Shown here: in pieces, positions 25,866-40,697 of the stretch
Numbering within the stretch: position 1 is the first letter of the stretch
How the letters are laid out: each line of letters starts with the position of its first letter
From: Octopus sinensis
Lineage: Eukaryota
DNA: 64,000 nt
Direction: 5' to 3'
Assembly (NCBI RefSeq): GCF_006345805.1
Contig: NC_043000.1
Span: 41,230,001 to 41,294,000, forward strand
The notes under the pieces: generated by a model
The model's database searches: none
What the model was told of the DNA's origin: nothing
The model's input: the letters and a program-made list of their open reading frames with translations, nothing else
Position numbers and translations under genes: made by a program

Positions 25866-26180
25866 TATTACCTCCGCCTTAGGAAAAAGGCAGAGGTATT
25901 GTTTTCAGTCGTGTTTGTTTGTTCATGGACAAGATATCTCAAGAACCGCTGGATGGATTCGGATGAAACTTTCAGGGATGTTTGGCCTCGTGACTGGCAC
26001 GTACGAATTAAGTTTTTTTACTTAATTTTTGAGAGAGGTCGGGTTCATTTTTAGTATTCTCGTTTGTAAGAGCAGTCGAATTTATTGCAGATATTCTCAT
26101 TTTAAAAATCATCTCCGTTTAATCGTTGAGAGGACGTTGGTGTTGCTTTGGTGGAGTTTTGCGCTCTCTAAATGCTCTTG
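25866..26180 (+). mobile_element. Helentron/DINE-like non-autonomous element; reverse copy about 52520-52857
   Basis: 5' hairpin acctccgcc..ggcagaggt, (GTTT)n tract, 3' ttggtggag; homologous reverse copy later in the window. Confidence 0.6.
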
Positions 26181-26366
26181 TTAATTTATACTTTTAACGG
26201 TTGCTAAGTTTTGTTGATTGAATCAACATTTTTCTTCTTTCTCCTATTCAATTCACTTGGGTAATGCAAGTTTTAATTACGTTTATTATTTATACAAATT
26301 AAAATTATATCTGTTTTAAACGTATTCAGAAAAGTCTATAAGTCTGTTTAATATATGTATATATAT

Positions 26367-26457
<91 letters not shown>

Positions 26458-26744
26458 TGTATGTATGTATGTTCCTGTGTGTGTGCATGTATATATGTTT
26501 ATACACGCACACGTATGTATATATATGCCTGCGTGTTTGTGGTGTGTGTGTGTGTGTGCGCGCGCGTACGTGTGCAACGCCTGTAATGCAAATTTCAATA
26601 TTGTCACTTTCATCTCGTGATTTTTGCAGGCTGTGATATTTCGTGGGACCAATTGACAATTCGCTGTATTTAAGAAATCAAATTTTTTTTATGAAGAATA
26701 TAGTAAGCAATAATTAAACAATCAGAGTTAAGTAGTAGATACTC

Positions 26745-26974
26745 TCCTTACTCTTTTTTTTACTCTTTTACTTGTTTCAGTCATTTGACTGCGGCCATGC
26801 TGGAGCACCACCTTTAATCGAGCAACTCGACCCCGGACTTATTCTTTTGTAAGTCCAGTACTTACTTCTATCGGTCTCTTTTGCCGAACCGCTAAGTAAC
26901 GGGGACATAAACACACCAGCAATCGGTTTGTCAAGCAATGCTAGGGGGACAACACAGACACACAAACACACACA

Positions 26975-27033
<59 letters not shown>

Positions 27034-27190
27034 TATATACATATACACATATATACGACGGGCTTCTTTTCAGTTTCCGTCTACCAAATCCACTCACAAG
27101 GCTTTGGTCGGCCCGAGGTCATAGTAGAAGACACTTGCCCAAGGTACCACGCAGTGGGACTGAACCCGTAACCACACAGCCACTCCTGTG
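26745..27190 (-). mobile_element. SINE family 2
   Basis: Reverse-complement copy with a small head deletion. Confidence 0.85.
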
Positions 27191-27940
27191 CTGTTTTATT
27201 CTTTTTTTTTATTGACTGCATAAAACAGTATACATGTGAAGGCATGTAGCTGAAGGGTGATGAGTACATGGGTGCATAGATGCGGATGGATGAAAGCAAA
27301 CGGTCAAAGAGTAGAAGAGAAACGTATGCATTGAACCATAAATCAATTGTGAAAGATTTTATTGATAAAACATTTATGTATTAACTGGGTAGCATTTTTC
27401 TATTTATAGAAGGAATATGTGAATTTTGGTGGATGGGTGGGGTTGTAATTTATTGTCTCAGCGTTGGTGAGTGAGTGAGTGTGAGTAGGATGGAGGGTAC
27501 ACAGATGTTCGAATATAGAGATGGACAAAGGCAAGCGGCGAGATAAAGAGACAAAGCGGCACCCATTGTGGCGAGTACTGGAGCAAATGTAGAGAAAACT
27601 CTCAATGATAAAACAGTGATAATGTATACGTTTACAATTGCGACTGGTAGTTGTTCGCTTAATTAATTTGTCGTCTGTTAATTTGTATTCATGGATGCAA
27701 ATATTGGCGTAAGGGCGCGTGTATGTTCAATTGTTTCGGTGTAAATTGATGGGAATTGTGAGGTGGGAAGGGGAAGTGAAAGTGCGTGTGCTTAAGTGTT
27801 GGTGTACGAGTGCGTTAATAGAGCTTCGTCAATGCGTCTGCTTATGGACATATGAGAATGTAAAACGCGTATGAAGGAATGAGTGTTCTTGTGGAGTGAA
27901 AAAGATTTTCGCTGGTGTAAATGTAAATAAATTTATATAT

Positions 27941-27973
<33 letters not shown>

Positions 27974-28031
27974 ACACACACCACACACACACACACACAT
28001 ACACACACACTCACTCAGACAAATCTCTCTC

Positions 28032-28063
<32 letters not shown>

Positions 28064-28651
28064 TGTATGTATGTATGTATGCAATGTATGTATGTATGTA
28101 TGTATGTATGCAATGTATGTATGTAATGTATGTATGTATATGTGTATATATGTGTGTGTGTACACACATACATTCGTGGAATAAAGAAATAATAATCTCA
28201 AATGTGCTCTATGGCATGGAACTGGTATCCGTTGATTTGTAAAAAGTGAGTAGAAAAGACAGTCCTGGTGAATAAACGGTAACAGTTGTAATAAAAACTC
28301 TCCTTTCTGTTAAAATATCTTCAATAGCTTACGCGTATATTACAATATTTGAGGGATTGTATAAAGTCATTGTTCATGTAGTAAGCTACGAAATTCTTAC
28401 ATTCTCTCAATTTCGCGTAATTCACACCTCTTCATGGTCCGAAGGTACACTTGTAAACTTCTCTAACTTGTTTGCATTTGAAAAAATTTGATGATTGAGT
28501 TGGTATTGTACGTTAGTGTTTGGCGGGAGTGGTTCTTAATTATTGACATGATCGTATCAAGGATTGTTTTACTTACTTAGTGTTGTAGTGGTATGACATG
28601 GTTCATTAATGGTATGTAGAAAAGCTTTTGAATTTTGTTGGTAAAAACCGA

Positions 28652-29245
28652 TTTTCTCCCTTTTTTTTCTTAAGCATAGCTTTTCAGCACTCTATCTGCG
28701 ATGTTGAAATTAGTAGCTATATTCTTTTATTCTTCTATGTGTTTCAGCCAGGTTTCTCCCTTTTTTTCTTAAGCATAGCTTTTCAGCACTCTATCTGCGA
28801 TGTTGAAATTAGTAGCTATATTCTTTATTCTTCTATGTGTTTCAGCCAGTTTCTCCCTTTTTTTCTTAAGCATAGCTTTTCAGCACTCTATCTGCGATGT
28901 TGAAATTAGTAGCTATATTCTTTTATTCTTCTATGTGTTTCAGCCAGGTTTCTCCCTTTTTTTCTTAAGCATAGCTTTTCAGCACTCTATCTGCGATGTT
29001 GAAATTAGTAGCTATATTCTTTTATTCTTCTATGTGTTTCAGCCAGGTTTCTCCCTTTTTTTCTTAAGCATAGCTTTTCAGCACTCTATCTGCGATGTTG
29101 AAATTAGTAGCTATATTCTTTTATTCTTCTATGTGTTTCAGCCAGGTTTCTCCCTTTTTTTCTTAAGCATAGCTTTTCAGCACTCTATCTGCGATGTTGA
29201 AATTAGTAGCTATATTCTTTTATTCTTCTATGTGTTTCAGCCAGG
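28652..29245. repeat. Tandem array of six near-identical units of about 99 bp
   Basis: Unit tttctccc..cttaagcatagcttttcagcactc..gtgtttcagccagg; gives the 33-aa periodicity of ORF 28800-29309. Confidence 0.95.
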
Positions 29246-29558
29246 TGGCTGTGGTCATGCTGGAGCACTATTGCATTCTGAATTAAAGCCCATGAGCTTG
29301 TTAGAATGATTTACAAGATATTTTTCGTCTTCCACATGCAAGTAAACGTTACTCGCATTGGCGAATGAGGTAAATATTTCTTTAGGCTTTCTTGAAATTG
29401 TTCAAAATGTTGGTTTTTCTGTACTGTTTCTCGCAACCTTATTATTTTTATTTCCTTCTGATTCTGTGGTTATTCCATGATATTTTTCTAATGAGGTCAA
29501 TTCTCGCGCGAAAACAGAACCGTTTAGCTGTATTGTAAACCTCTAGTAAATCAATGCA

Positions 29559-29790
29559 GTGGAGGCGCGTGGCTTAGTTTTTAAGGAATTGAACTCGTGA
29601 TCGTAAGATTGTTGCTTCGATTACTGGATGGGGTGATGCATTGTATTCTTGAGCAAAACACTTCATTTCACGTTGCACCAGTCCACTCAGCCAGCAAAAA
29701 TGTGTAATCCTGCGATGGACCGGTATCTCGTCCAGATGGGGAATATATACGCCATAGAAACCGGGAAAACGACCCTTATGAATCTGTATG
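29559..29790 (+). mobile_element. tRNA-derived SINE family 3 (also 30700-30937 minus and about 51735-51850)
   Basis: Head ggaggcgcgtggcttag, core ttcttgagcaaaacacttcatttcacgttgc..cagtccactcag shared between copies. Confidence 0.75.
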
Positions 29791-30699
29791 AATCGAGAAA
29801 GAAGAAAGAAAGAAAAAAGAACTATAGTATGTACTTATTGACAACAAGCGCCATGGCGTATATAGATCCGAAACTGGGGCTGTAGGTCCCTGAGACCTCT
29901 ACACAACTGTCTCCAGTGCGCCGATGCCTAAATACAGAATTGTGCAAAATTCGCAGGAAAATGGCAAAGAAGCTTTGGTGGTGGATGTGGTTGTTATACA
30001 CAACGGTTTCATAACTTAATGTTGTATTACTGAAAGTCCGCCCAGAATTCCTCCTGATATTCATATATACTAGGCAGCGAACTGGCAAAATCGTCACCGG
30101 GCCTAATGCTTAGCGGTATTTCTTCCGACTTTACGTTCTTAGTTCAAATGCCGCCAGGGTCAACTTTATCTTTTATCTTTTGGGGCTGGATAAAAGAAGT
30201 ACCAGTTGAACAGTGCGGCCAATATAATCGACTTGCACTCTCTCCCACAATTGCTGACTCTGTGTCAAAATTTGAAACCAACATTCATATATACTTCGAT
30301 GAGAAGTCCACTTTCATTGCATCTGACCAGCTTATGCCTAACTCTGAATACTTGTGCCTGTTTTACCACCACCTCGCTGCCAAATTCTTGCGCTTTTGCT
30401 CTTGGACAAAAGCTCACATATATTCTACACGTTCTTGCACCAGTATGAACATCTCCTGAATAGACAAAAATTACCTGAAAATTATTATCAATCATATCAA
30501 TTACCCTTCTTACTATTCTTCTACGCACCAGTGCTTTCATCTCTGAACCCCAAACTAAAATCTTGTCTCTAAACATCTCTACCATTTTGTTTGCATTATC
30601 CCCCACCACATGGTAGAATTATTTGATGAAGAGCTATGTGTGCTTATATGAATATTACGTCCCCCAGTAATATTATAAAAAATAAAATAAATGCGCCCT

Positions 30700-30937
30700 T
30701 TTATAGCCTAGCCAGGCTCATGGGCCCGATTTCCCGGTTTCAATGGCATATGTGTTCCCCAGATGGACGGGACGCCAGTCCATCGCAGCGTTACTCATTT
30801 TTTCCAGCTGAGTGGACTGGAGCAACGTGAAATGAAGTGTTTTGCTCAAGAACACAACGCGTCGCCCGGTCCAGGAATCGAAACCACAATCTTACGATCG
30901 TGATACTGACACCCTAACCAGTAAACCAAGCGCCTCC
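30700..30937 (-). mobile_element. SINE family 3
   Basis: Reverse-complement homologue of 29559-29790. Confidence 0.75.
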
Positions 30938-31577
30938 GCTCCCCCCAGTAATATTATACCAACACTAACGCAATATCAAATTATGACATCTGTCCTTTTC
31001 GTTATGTGTTCAAATTTCCTCGAAATTGACTTTACCTTTTATCCTTTCGGGGGTCAATGGAAAAAGTACCAGTTGGGTACAGGGATCGATGTAATCGACT
31101 AACTCATCCCAGAAAATTGCTAGTTTCGTGCCAAAACCGATATGAAATTATGACATCATATACTTGAGAGAAAAAGTAATTTCATATATAGAAGAAATAG
31201 TCAAAAGGTCTTAAAATATTTTAAACTATCACCATCTGAAGAATTCAGAGATAAAACTGATGACCACTGGAATGTTCTGAAATCAACAGAGAATTAAATC
31301 TGCATTAATTATTAAGGTCTCTTAGTTTTAGTAGCATGTCTACAAAAACACTAACTATATTGATACTCTAACGAATATACGCACTTACATACATATGTAA
31401 AAGCATACACACGCACGAGAGGATGTATGAAAAGGTTTGAGCCTTCAAAGCCTTTGAGCCTTGAAGTCTTGTACCTTCATCAGAAGCGTTGTACCAGGTT
31501 TTCTTATATTTTGAGGCTCAAGACTCTTCATACACTCGTCGTATATATGTCAATATAATGCATGCCAATCTAATGCG

Positions 31578-31649
<72 letters not shown>

Positions 31650-32244
31650 GTACATATACATATGTATTTGTATCTACGCATGTATGAGAGTGTGTGCGTT
31701 TGAGTATGTATGTAATGTGTACATATATATGTATATATATATATATATAAAAGATAAGAAGAAGGTATGTATGTACGTGTGTGAGTGAGTGTATATGTAT
31801 GTGTTAGACAAGTTTTATATTTCAAATAGCAACGTCTATCGATGGGTTATGGGTACCGGTAGGGGAAAATCTGTCTCTGTTGTAATCTCGTTCCTCTGTA
31901 TTTTTACTCATTTACCAGCAATAATGTATAATGAGCTAACGGCGCTGATAGTCAAAGGTTCGAGTGGAAATCTATCATTATTGCGGAATGTCTTCCACTT
32001 CACTAACCCCTGTCAGTTATGTGGCTTTCCAGCACAACCTTTCACAATATCTTTTAGTTACTTATGTGTTAATTTATATACAATTTCTGTTTTTATTTCT
32101 TAATCCCACATTTAAGCAGAAAAGCATCTATACAAATTAAGAAACAGAAACAAAATATAACAAAGAAATTGTAAATGTTTCAAAAAAATAAAACGGAAAA
32201 GCAGTAGGGTTGAAAGAAATTAGCTTAAAAACTGCACGATAAGC

Positions 32245-34200
32245 ATTCTTTTCCACTCTAGGCACAAGGCCCGAAATTTTGGAGGAGGGGGCCAGTCTAT
32301 TAGATCGACTCCGGGACGCAACTGGTACTTAATTTATACACTTCGGAAAGTTGACATGCAAAGTCGACCTCGGAGGAATTTGAACTCAGAACGTAAAGAC
32401 AGACGAAATCCCGATAAGAATTTCGTCCGGTGTGCTAACGTTTCTGCCAGCTCGCCATCTTACGCGCAATTCTTACTAAAGTGGTGGATTGGCAATTTCC
32501 TTAAAGCTCCAGATTAAATAACTTCTGGCATTTGATCCAAGTCATTTTGTTCTGAGTTCAATTCCCATCACAGTCATTTCAGGCCTTTTCCTTTCAAAAT
32601 GGATAAAATAAAGTTCCAGCCAGATACTGGGGAGGGAATTATTGCCCTGTTGCTTAAATTAGAAAGAATTATTCTTTTCTACTCTGGGCACAAGGCCCGA
32701 AATTTTGGAGGGGGGGCAGTCTATTAGATCGACTCCAGTATGTAACTGGTACTTAATTTATCGACCTCGAAAGGATGAAAGGCAAAGACAACCTCAGCGG
32801 AATTTGAACTCATAACGTAACGGCAGACGAAATACCTATTTCTTTACTACCCACAAGCGGCTAAACACAGAGGGTACAAACAAGGACAGACAAACGGATT
32901 AAGTCGATTACATCGACCCCATTGCGTAACTGGTACTTAATTTATCGACCCCAAAAGGATGAAAGGCAAAGTCGACCTATGCGGAATTTGAACTCAGAGC
33001 GTAACAGCAGACGAAATACGGCTACGCATTTCGCCCGGCGTGCTAATGTTTCTGCCAGCTCGCCGCCTTCAATCAGAAATAATCATTAAAGGTGTCAGAT
33101 AGAACGTCGGGGGAAAATGTCTTGCGGTATTTCTTCCAACTCTACGTTCTGTGTTCATTTCGCACCGAGGTCAATTCTGCTTTTATCTCTTCAAAGATGA
33201 CGAAATGAAATACCAACTGGATAGTGGGATCGCCGGTTTAGACAAAACCCTTCTCGCAAAAATTCCGGCTTTGTTTCTTTATCAGAAACTATTATTCGTA
33301 CTAAAGCTAGTCTTGTTGCTGGTCTTGTTCCAAAATTAGAAAGAATTCAAGGCGGCTTGCTGGCAGAATCGTTAGTACGCCGGAAAAAATGCTTAGCGGC
33401 ATTTCGTTCGTCTATACGTTCTGAATTCAAATTCCACCGTGGTTAACTTCGCCATTTATCTTTTCGGATGAATACAATAAAATAAATACCAATTGAGCAC
33501 TAGGATCGATGTAATTGACTTAAACCTCCCTCAAAATTTCAGACTTTGTGGCGACAGTAGAAAGGATAATTAATAGAACCAAAGCGGTGGATAGGTAAAT
33601 AAGTATTGGCTTCAGTATATTTTTATGCCAGAAGAATAAATCCCGCTGAGATCTTTTTGGTTATCTCCCTTTCGGAACTGCTGTTACTTTAATCGCCTAA
33701 TCACTTTTCCCGTAATTCAAACGTCGAGACTTTGATAGATACAATTATTATTAAGATTACTATGGAAGACAGCAAGCTGGTAGAATCGCTAAAGCCTTGG
33801 ACAAAATGCTTAGAGGTATTTCTTCCGGCTCTTTACAATCTAAGTTCAAATTTCTAACCAGAGTCAACTTCACCTGTTATTCTTCAGGGTCGATAACATC
33901 AAATATCAGCCAAGTGCTGATTAGTACTTGATTAGGCTCTCCCCTCAAAATTGCTGGTCTTGTTCCAAAATTAGAAAGAATTCAAGGCGGCTTGCTGGCA
34001 GAATCGTTAGTACACCGGCGAAAATGCTTAGCGACATTTTGTCTGGCTTTACGTTTTAAGTTCAAATTTCACCGAGGTCGACTTTGCCCTTCATCCTTTA
34101 GGGTGCGATAACAAAAAGTACCAGTTGAGCACTGGGGTCGATGTAATCGACTTACTATCTCCTCCTAAATTGCTATCCTTGTGCCAAAAGTTGAAACCGA
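32245..34200. mobile_element. Dense cluster of SINE family 1 copies in both orientations
   Basis: Repeated family head and core at about 32245-32460(-), 32470-32670(+), 32670-33070(-), 33090-33270(+), 33350-33560(+), 33770-33975(+), 33985-34200(+). Confidence 0.8.
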
Positions 34201-34527
34201 TATTATTTTTGCCGTTCTTTGCAGATTGCTGGGCATGGTATGTTGTTGTAATGCAAAACAGAAATTATGGACCACTCTAAACAACAAAAATGATGTGAAG
34301 CGTGAATGCTTCTTTTGTTATACACACTCACACATCCATATACATATACATATATACACACAGATACAGATTCATGCATATATATATTCAAATTCACCCA
34401 CACATATATAATGAATAAAAGAATACAATAAAAATATGCACTGTGGTATTAGGGAGTTTTGTACGCATAAACACGCACACTCATACATGTATGTATGTAT
34501 GCCTGTAGATATGTATAGCCACACACA

Positions 34528-34578
<51 letters not shown>

Positions 34579-34704
34579 TGGGCTTCGGTTTGATGATTGC
34601 AGGTTCGGGTGGTCTGAGTATAATTACAGAGTGTATAATATATATATTGTCGACACTAGCAGCGATAATTAAGACAGGTTAGACGATGCTGGGAATAACA
34701 TGCC

Positions 34705-34838
<134 letters not shown>

Positions 34839-35123
34839 ATATATATATATAGATATCAATCTATGTATGTATGTATGTATGTATGTATGTATTATGTATG
34901 TATGTATGTATGTATGCATGTATGTATGTATCTATCTATCTAACTTTTACCTGTTCTTTTCTTTTTTTCGTTCATCTATTTTTATATCTTTTTCATTTCA
35001 TTCCGACATCTTTCACCTTTTCGCTCTTTCCCTTTCTCATCTTCATTTTTCTTTATTTCCGTGTCGCTTTCACTGTGACGCCACCTCTTTCTCTGTCTGT
35101 TTGCCTGTCTGCCTGCCTGCCTG

Positions 35124-35186
<63 letters not shown>

Positions 35187-35829
35187 TTATCTATCGATCT
35201 ATCTATCTTTCTTTCCTACTTACCTCCACACACATATACACACACTAAATTTTCGAAAAAATGTCGTGCGGTATTTCAGGCCCTAGTGCCTATAATAGAA
35301 TCAATTCCTATACCTTAGAACTTAAAATGATATAAATTGAAATCTTGATTTCATGACTACTTCCGTTCTCATCCACGTATTTCTAAATGAAGGTCATAAA
35401 AAATTATAGTGTTGTTTCGTTTCTCTGCATTTTGGGATTCAAGTCCTGCTGAGGTTGACTTTTGCCTCTCATGGCTTCTGAGTCGATGAACAAAATACTG
35501 GTCAAGTACTAGGTGTATTTCTCCTTTTATTTTATTTTATTTTTTTATTTTTCACAATCGGCTTTTTGAAGGGGCGAAGAAAGAAGCATTCACATCGCGG
35601 CCACAGCAATTCTTTCAGCAGGACTCACAAAAGAAAAAGAGACTTTTGTGATACCGCACACTTTATTATCGCGTATAGTCCGTGATTAGGCTACGTGTTT
35701 TCGAAGCGAGTAGGAGAATTTAGGGATACTTAGAACCAAACCAAAAATTAAAAGAACAGCAAGTCATGATGACGAAAGCTGTGTAGCTGTGAAGAGAATT
35801 ATGAAATCTATATTATATTGTTACTGTGA

Positions 35830-36190
35830 AGGCGGCGAGCTGGCAGAAACATTAGCATGCCGGGCGAAGTACGTAGCCGTATTTCGTCTGCCGTTACGTT
35901 CTGAGTTCAAATTCCGCCGAGTTCGACTTTGCCTTTCATCCTTTCGGGGTCGATTAAATTAAGTGCCAGTTACGCACTGGGGTCGATGTAATCGACTTAA
36001 TCCGCTTATCTGTCCTCTTTGTCCTCTCTGTGTTTAGCCCCTTGTGGGTAGTAAAGAAATAGGTATTTCGTCTGCCGCTACGTTCTGAGTTCAAATTCCG
36101 ACAAGGTTGACTTTGCCTTTCATCCTTTCGGGGTCAATAAATTAAGTACCAGTCAAGTACAGGAGTCCATGTGATCGATTGTCCACCTCC
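35830..36190 (+). mobile_element. SINE family 1, dimer
   Basis: Head ggcggcgagctggcagaaac and two cores. Confidence 0.85.
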
Positions 36191-37077
36191 CCTGCTGATC
36201 TAACTGTTTTGCTTCCGTTCACCTCTAAAACAGGGCAGACATTTATCATCAAGACATCGACGCCATGATCATTCCACCCTGTTTTCTAAATTGCCAAAGA
36301 CCACGTTATATAATGCGACCCACTCTCTTCACGCTGACAGAATTTCTTTTTAGGGAATTTTACTGCTATTTCTGTCAGATTGACATCCACGCTAAGGATT
36401 CTTAGATTAACTCGTACATAAATATAGCTGGTGGTGGACGAGACGAAAATATTGAGAATAAAGATTAAAGGTTAAAGATTAAAAAGAGACTAATTTAATC
36501 GACATCCCAATTACCTCTGAAAGAACTTGTCTTCTGCGTTTGTTTCTTTTCCTTTTTTCTTTTATAAGTAGGCTTAAATAGGGGTAAATGTGCCAATGAC
36601 CTTAATAAGGGTCTTGAATGATGCCGTAGGGCCGGATTTAGGTTACATATGTCGTAAGGTGGCAGAATGGTGAATAGATTTGGAAGAGAAGATTAGGGCA
36701 TCAGAAAATAAAGAAGGTTAGAGAAAGGGGGGGGTGGAGTAGAGCAAGAAAACCAAATGAGAGTTCTGATCATGTATGTGTAAGAGAGGGAGAGTGTAGA
36801 GAGGGAGAGGGAGAGGGGGAGAGAAATAGAGAGATATGGAAAGGAAAAGACGGCGTTAGATAGAAAAATGAAAAAGATACGGAGAGGAGAGGGAGTTCGA
36901 GAGATTAAGAATGAAGGAGGAAATAAGAGACCACGAAAGAGGAACATTCGTGTGTGTGTTTGTGAGAGAGGGAGAGAGGGGGAGAGAGTGTGTGTGTTCA
37001 TTTGTGTATGTATGTTTATATATATATCTGTATGTATGTATGCATGAATGTATGTGTTCATTATATATGTGTGCGTA

Positions 37078-37510
37078 AGGCGGCGAGCTGGCAGAAACGT
37101 TAGCGCGCCGGGCGAAATGCTCAGCGGTATTTCGTCTGTCGATACGTTCGGAGTTCAAATTCCGCCGAGGTCGACTTTGCCTTTCATCCTTTCGGGGTCG
37201 ATTAAATAAGTACCATTTACGCACTGGGGTCGATATAATCGATTTAATCCGTTTGACTGTCCTTGTTTGTCCCCTCTGTGTGTAGCCCCTTGTGGGCAGT
37301 AAAGAAATAAGAATCGTTAGCACACGGGCGAAATGCTGAGCTGTATTTTGTATGTCTTTACGTTCTGAGTTCAAATTCCGCCGAGGCTGACTTTGCCTTT
37401 CATCCTTTCGGGGTCGATAAATTAAGTACCAGTTGCGTGTAGGGGTCGATCTAATCGACTGCCCCACCCCTCGCACCAAATTTCAGACCTTGTGCCTATA
37501 GTAGAAAGGA
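37078..37510 (+). mobile_element. SINE family 1, dimer
   Basis: Head and two cores. Confidence 0.85.
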
Positions 37511-37680
37511 TTGTGTATGTGTGTGTGTGTGTGTGTGGCTGTATGGTAAATATAGTTCCGTGGTAAATACGTTTTGCTCTGCAGCCACGTGGTTTCAGGT
37601 TCAATTTCACTGCATGAAACATTGGTCGAATGTTTCCTTGCATAAGGCTACCCAACCATTGCGTAGAAGCCCATTGCATG

Positions 37681-37711
<31 letters not shown>

Positions 37712-38154
37712 ACATATATAAATAATTAAAAGAATATGAAATAGAGAGCCTCAGTAGACTTAGTAAATGAGAGAAAGAGAGAGAAATAGAGAGAGAGAAA
37801 TAGAGAGAGAGAACGAGAAAGAGAGAGTGAACGAGAAAGAGAGAGAGAACGAGAAAGAGAGAGAGACTTTGAGAGATGTTTTTTGTTGGTGGTTTTATTT
37901 AACCCTTGGTCAACCTCGGTGAATTCGACCCATTTCAACCGCAGCCAACTCGTGTTTACTTTGTCGAGACTGTGAAATCTAGGACTTCTTTATTCAATGT
38001 CGTCCTATGATTCTTTTAAGAATATCGAGAATACTATGAGGGAGTTTTGGCCACCATTTCTAACAAAACGAAAAAACCCGTTGGAGGTTCCTCATTGGCA
38101 CGTTCGTGTTGCTATGGTTGGAGTCGTCATCATAATTGCGCTGTATATATATAT

Positions 38155-38558
38155 CTTTTATTCTTTTATTTGTTTCAGTCATTTGGCTGCGGCCATGCTG
38201 GAGCACCGCCTTAAAGGGTTTTAGTCGAAGAAATCGACTCTAAGACTTATATTAGTGAGCCTGGTACTTATTCCATTGATCTCTTTTGTGCAACCACTAG
38301 GTTACAGTGACGTAAACGCATCAACATCAGCTGCCAAGAAATGCTGGGGTGGGGGAGCACAGACACAAAGACACACATAAACATATACATATATCCATAT
38401 ATACACGACGGGTTTCTTTCGGTTTCCGTCTACCAAATCCACTCACAGGTCTTTGATCGACCCGAGGCTATAGTAGAAGGCACTTGCCCAAGCTGCCATG
38501 CAGTGGCACTGAACTCAGAACTATGTGATTGAGAAGTAGGCTTCTGATCACGCCTGTG

Positions 38559-38562
<4 letters not shown>
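38155..38562 (-). mobile_element. SINE family 2, diverged
   Basis: Reverse-complement similarity to the family. Confidence 0.75.
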
Positions 38563-38652
<90 letters not shown>

Positions 38653-38923
38653 CATATATATGTACATGTTTTCACGTGTGTGTGTATGATTATGTATGTA
38701 TATATATGTGTGTGTGTATTTGATTGGTGTAATTATTTATATTTTGTTGCTTAATTTTGCTTTGTTTATATTTTCGTTCTCTAGGTCATCATTCTCTATA
38801 GTAGTCGAACAAACGTAAGTATGCACACGCAACGGTGTATAATGCACACATCTGTATATAATGTATGCACACATATATGCATGTGTGTGATAAGATATTC
38901 ATATGTAAGCATTTATATATATA

Positions 38924-38961
<38 letters not shown>

Positions 38962-39124
38962 TGTGTGTGTTGTGTGTGTGTGTGCGTGTGTGTGTATACA
39001 TATATATATATACATATATATGTATGTGTGGATATATATATATATGTATATATATACATATATATGTGTATATATAACATATATATGTGTATTCATACAT
39101 ATATATGTAGGTGTGGATATATAT

Positions 39125-39189
<65 letters not shown>

Positions 39190-39204
39190 GTATATATATA
39201 TATA

Positions 39205-39236
<32 letters not shown>

Positions 39237-39689
39237 GTACTACCGGACACTTAACTATAGTATACACATTTTTTTTTCATAACTACTGACGCATACCTCC
39301 GGCAAGTTTCGAGCAAGCGGCTTAAGTAAAGAAAAAATTTAAGAAAATAAGAAGTAAAAAATAATAAAGAGTGAAAAAGAAAATGAAATTAAATTAAATA
39401 GAAAAAAAAAGAAGATATAGGGAAAGAAAAATATAATGAAATAAAACGAAAAAAGTAAATAAAATTTACAACAACACAGAAGGAAAAGCGAAAGAAAAAA
39501 GAATGCCAGGAAGAAATGAAATGTGACACAACACGCAACTTCACTGACCGAGTCTAACAGTCTAACCAGGTAAGTTTATTTATACCTGTATTGTTTGCTG
39601 CATGCAAGTGAGTGCACATACATACATAGATACATATACATGTATGATATGTATTTCTGTATGAATTCTATATATCTGAGTATGTATGT

Positions 39690-39743
<54 letters not shown>

Positions 39744-39936
39744 TGTGTGTGTGTATAAAGGCACGTGCAAATCTTATCAAGCGTCCAGCGTTTGACGTGT
39801 CTGTTTATTGTTGTTGACTGAATACCAACAAAAGAATCTAGTACCTTTTGTCTCTGTTGTTTGTGAATGAAATTAAGAACTGAAACAAAGAAACACACAC
39901 ACAAAACATATACACACACACATACGCCACACGTAT

Positions 39937-39981
<45 letters not shown>

Positions 39982-40319
39982 ATGTATGTATGTATATGTA
40001 TATTTCGACGATGAAATTTCAGATGGTCAATCAACTGAATTCACTTGCTTATCGAATTATAATCTAATTGCTTGTTAATTGTACTTGCAGGTATCTCATT
40101 AACATGATTGTCGGACAATATCAGCAAGTTACAGTGAGTGATAGGGCTGCACCTAATACAATCCAACAGACGAACTTCAGCACAGTTTCCGTATATCCTC
40201 TTTCGATCAAAAGCTAGTTATCGTTCCACAGCAGCGGGATCGAACCCGGAATCTCTTAATTGCGAAGTGATATTCTTCGTGTGCGTGTGTGTGCGTGCGT
40301 GCGTGTGTGTGTGTGTGTG

Positions 40320-40352
<33 letters not shown>

Positions 40353-40526
40353 GGTCATGCTGGTAATATTCAACTAAGTACAACTTGTTGCATGTTCGGA
40401 TGGTTGACGACAAAACCAGCAACGCCACTAAACTTAACGGATTATGGTGATTTTGGGACATCCTGAGAGATGAAAAACATTACCCGCAAAAAGGGAGAAT
40501 GAGCTCAGGAAATCAAGGGCCAGGCC

Positions 40527-40582
<56 letters not shown>

Positions 40583-40625
40583 ATATACAGACACACACAG
40601 ACACAAGCACACACACACACATTTA

Positions 40626-40661
<36 letters not shown>

Positions 40662-40697
40662 TGTATGTATGTATGTATGTATGTATGTATATAATAT

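Noticed and set aside
28652-29245. CRISPR-like array, repeat protein or hammerhead array
   Set aside because: Units are identical with no unique spacers and the context is eukaryotic; the hairpin has GAAA TTAG TA but no YUGANRA core
30265-30609. 114-aa non-repetitive ORF
   Set aside because: No recognisable motif or splice evidence; possibly a decayed retroelement fragment
31235-31285. CTGAAGA and CTGATGA followed by GAAA
   Set aside because: No convincing stem I, stem II or NUH site
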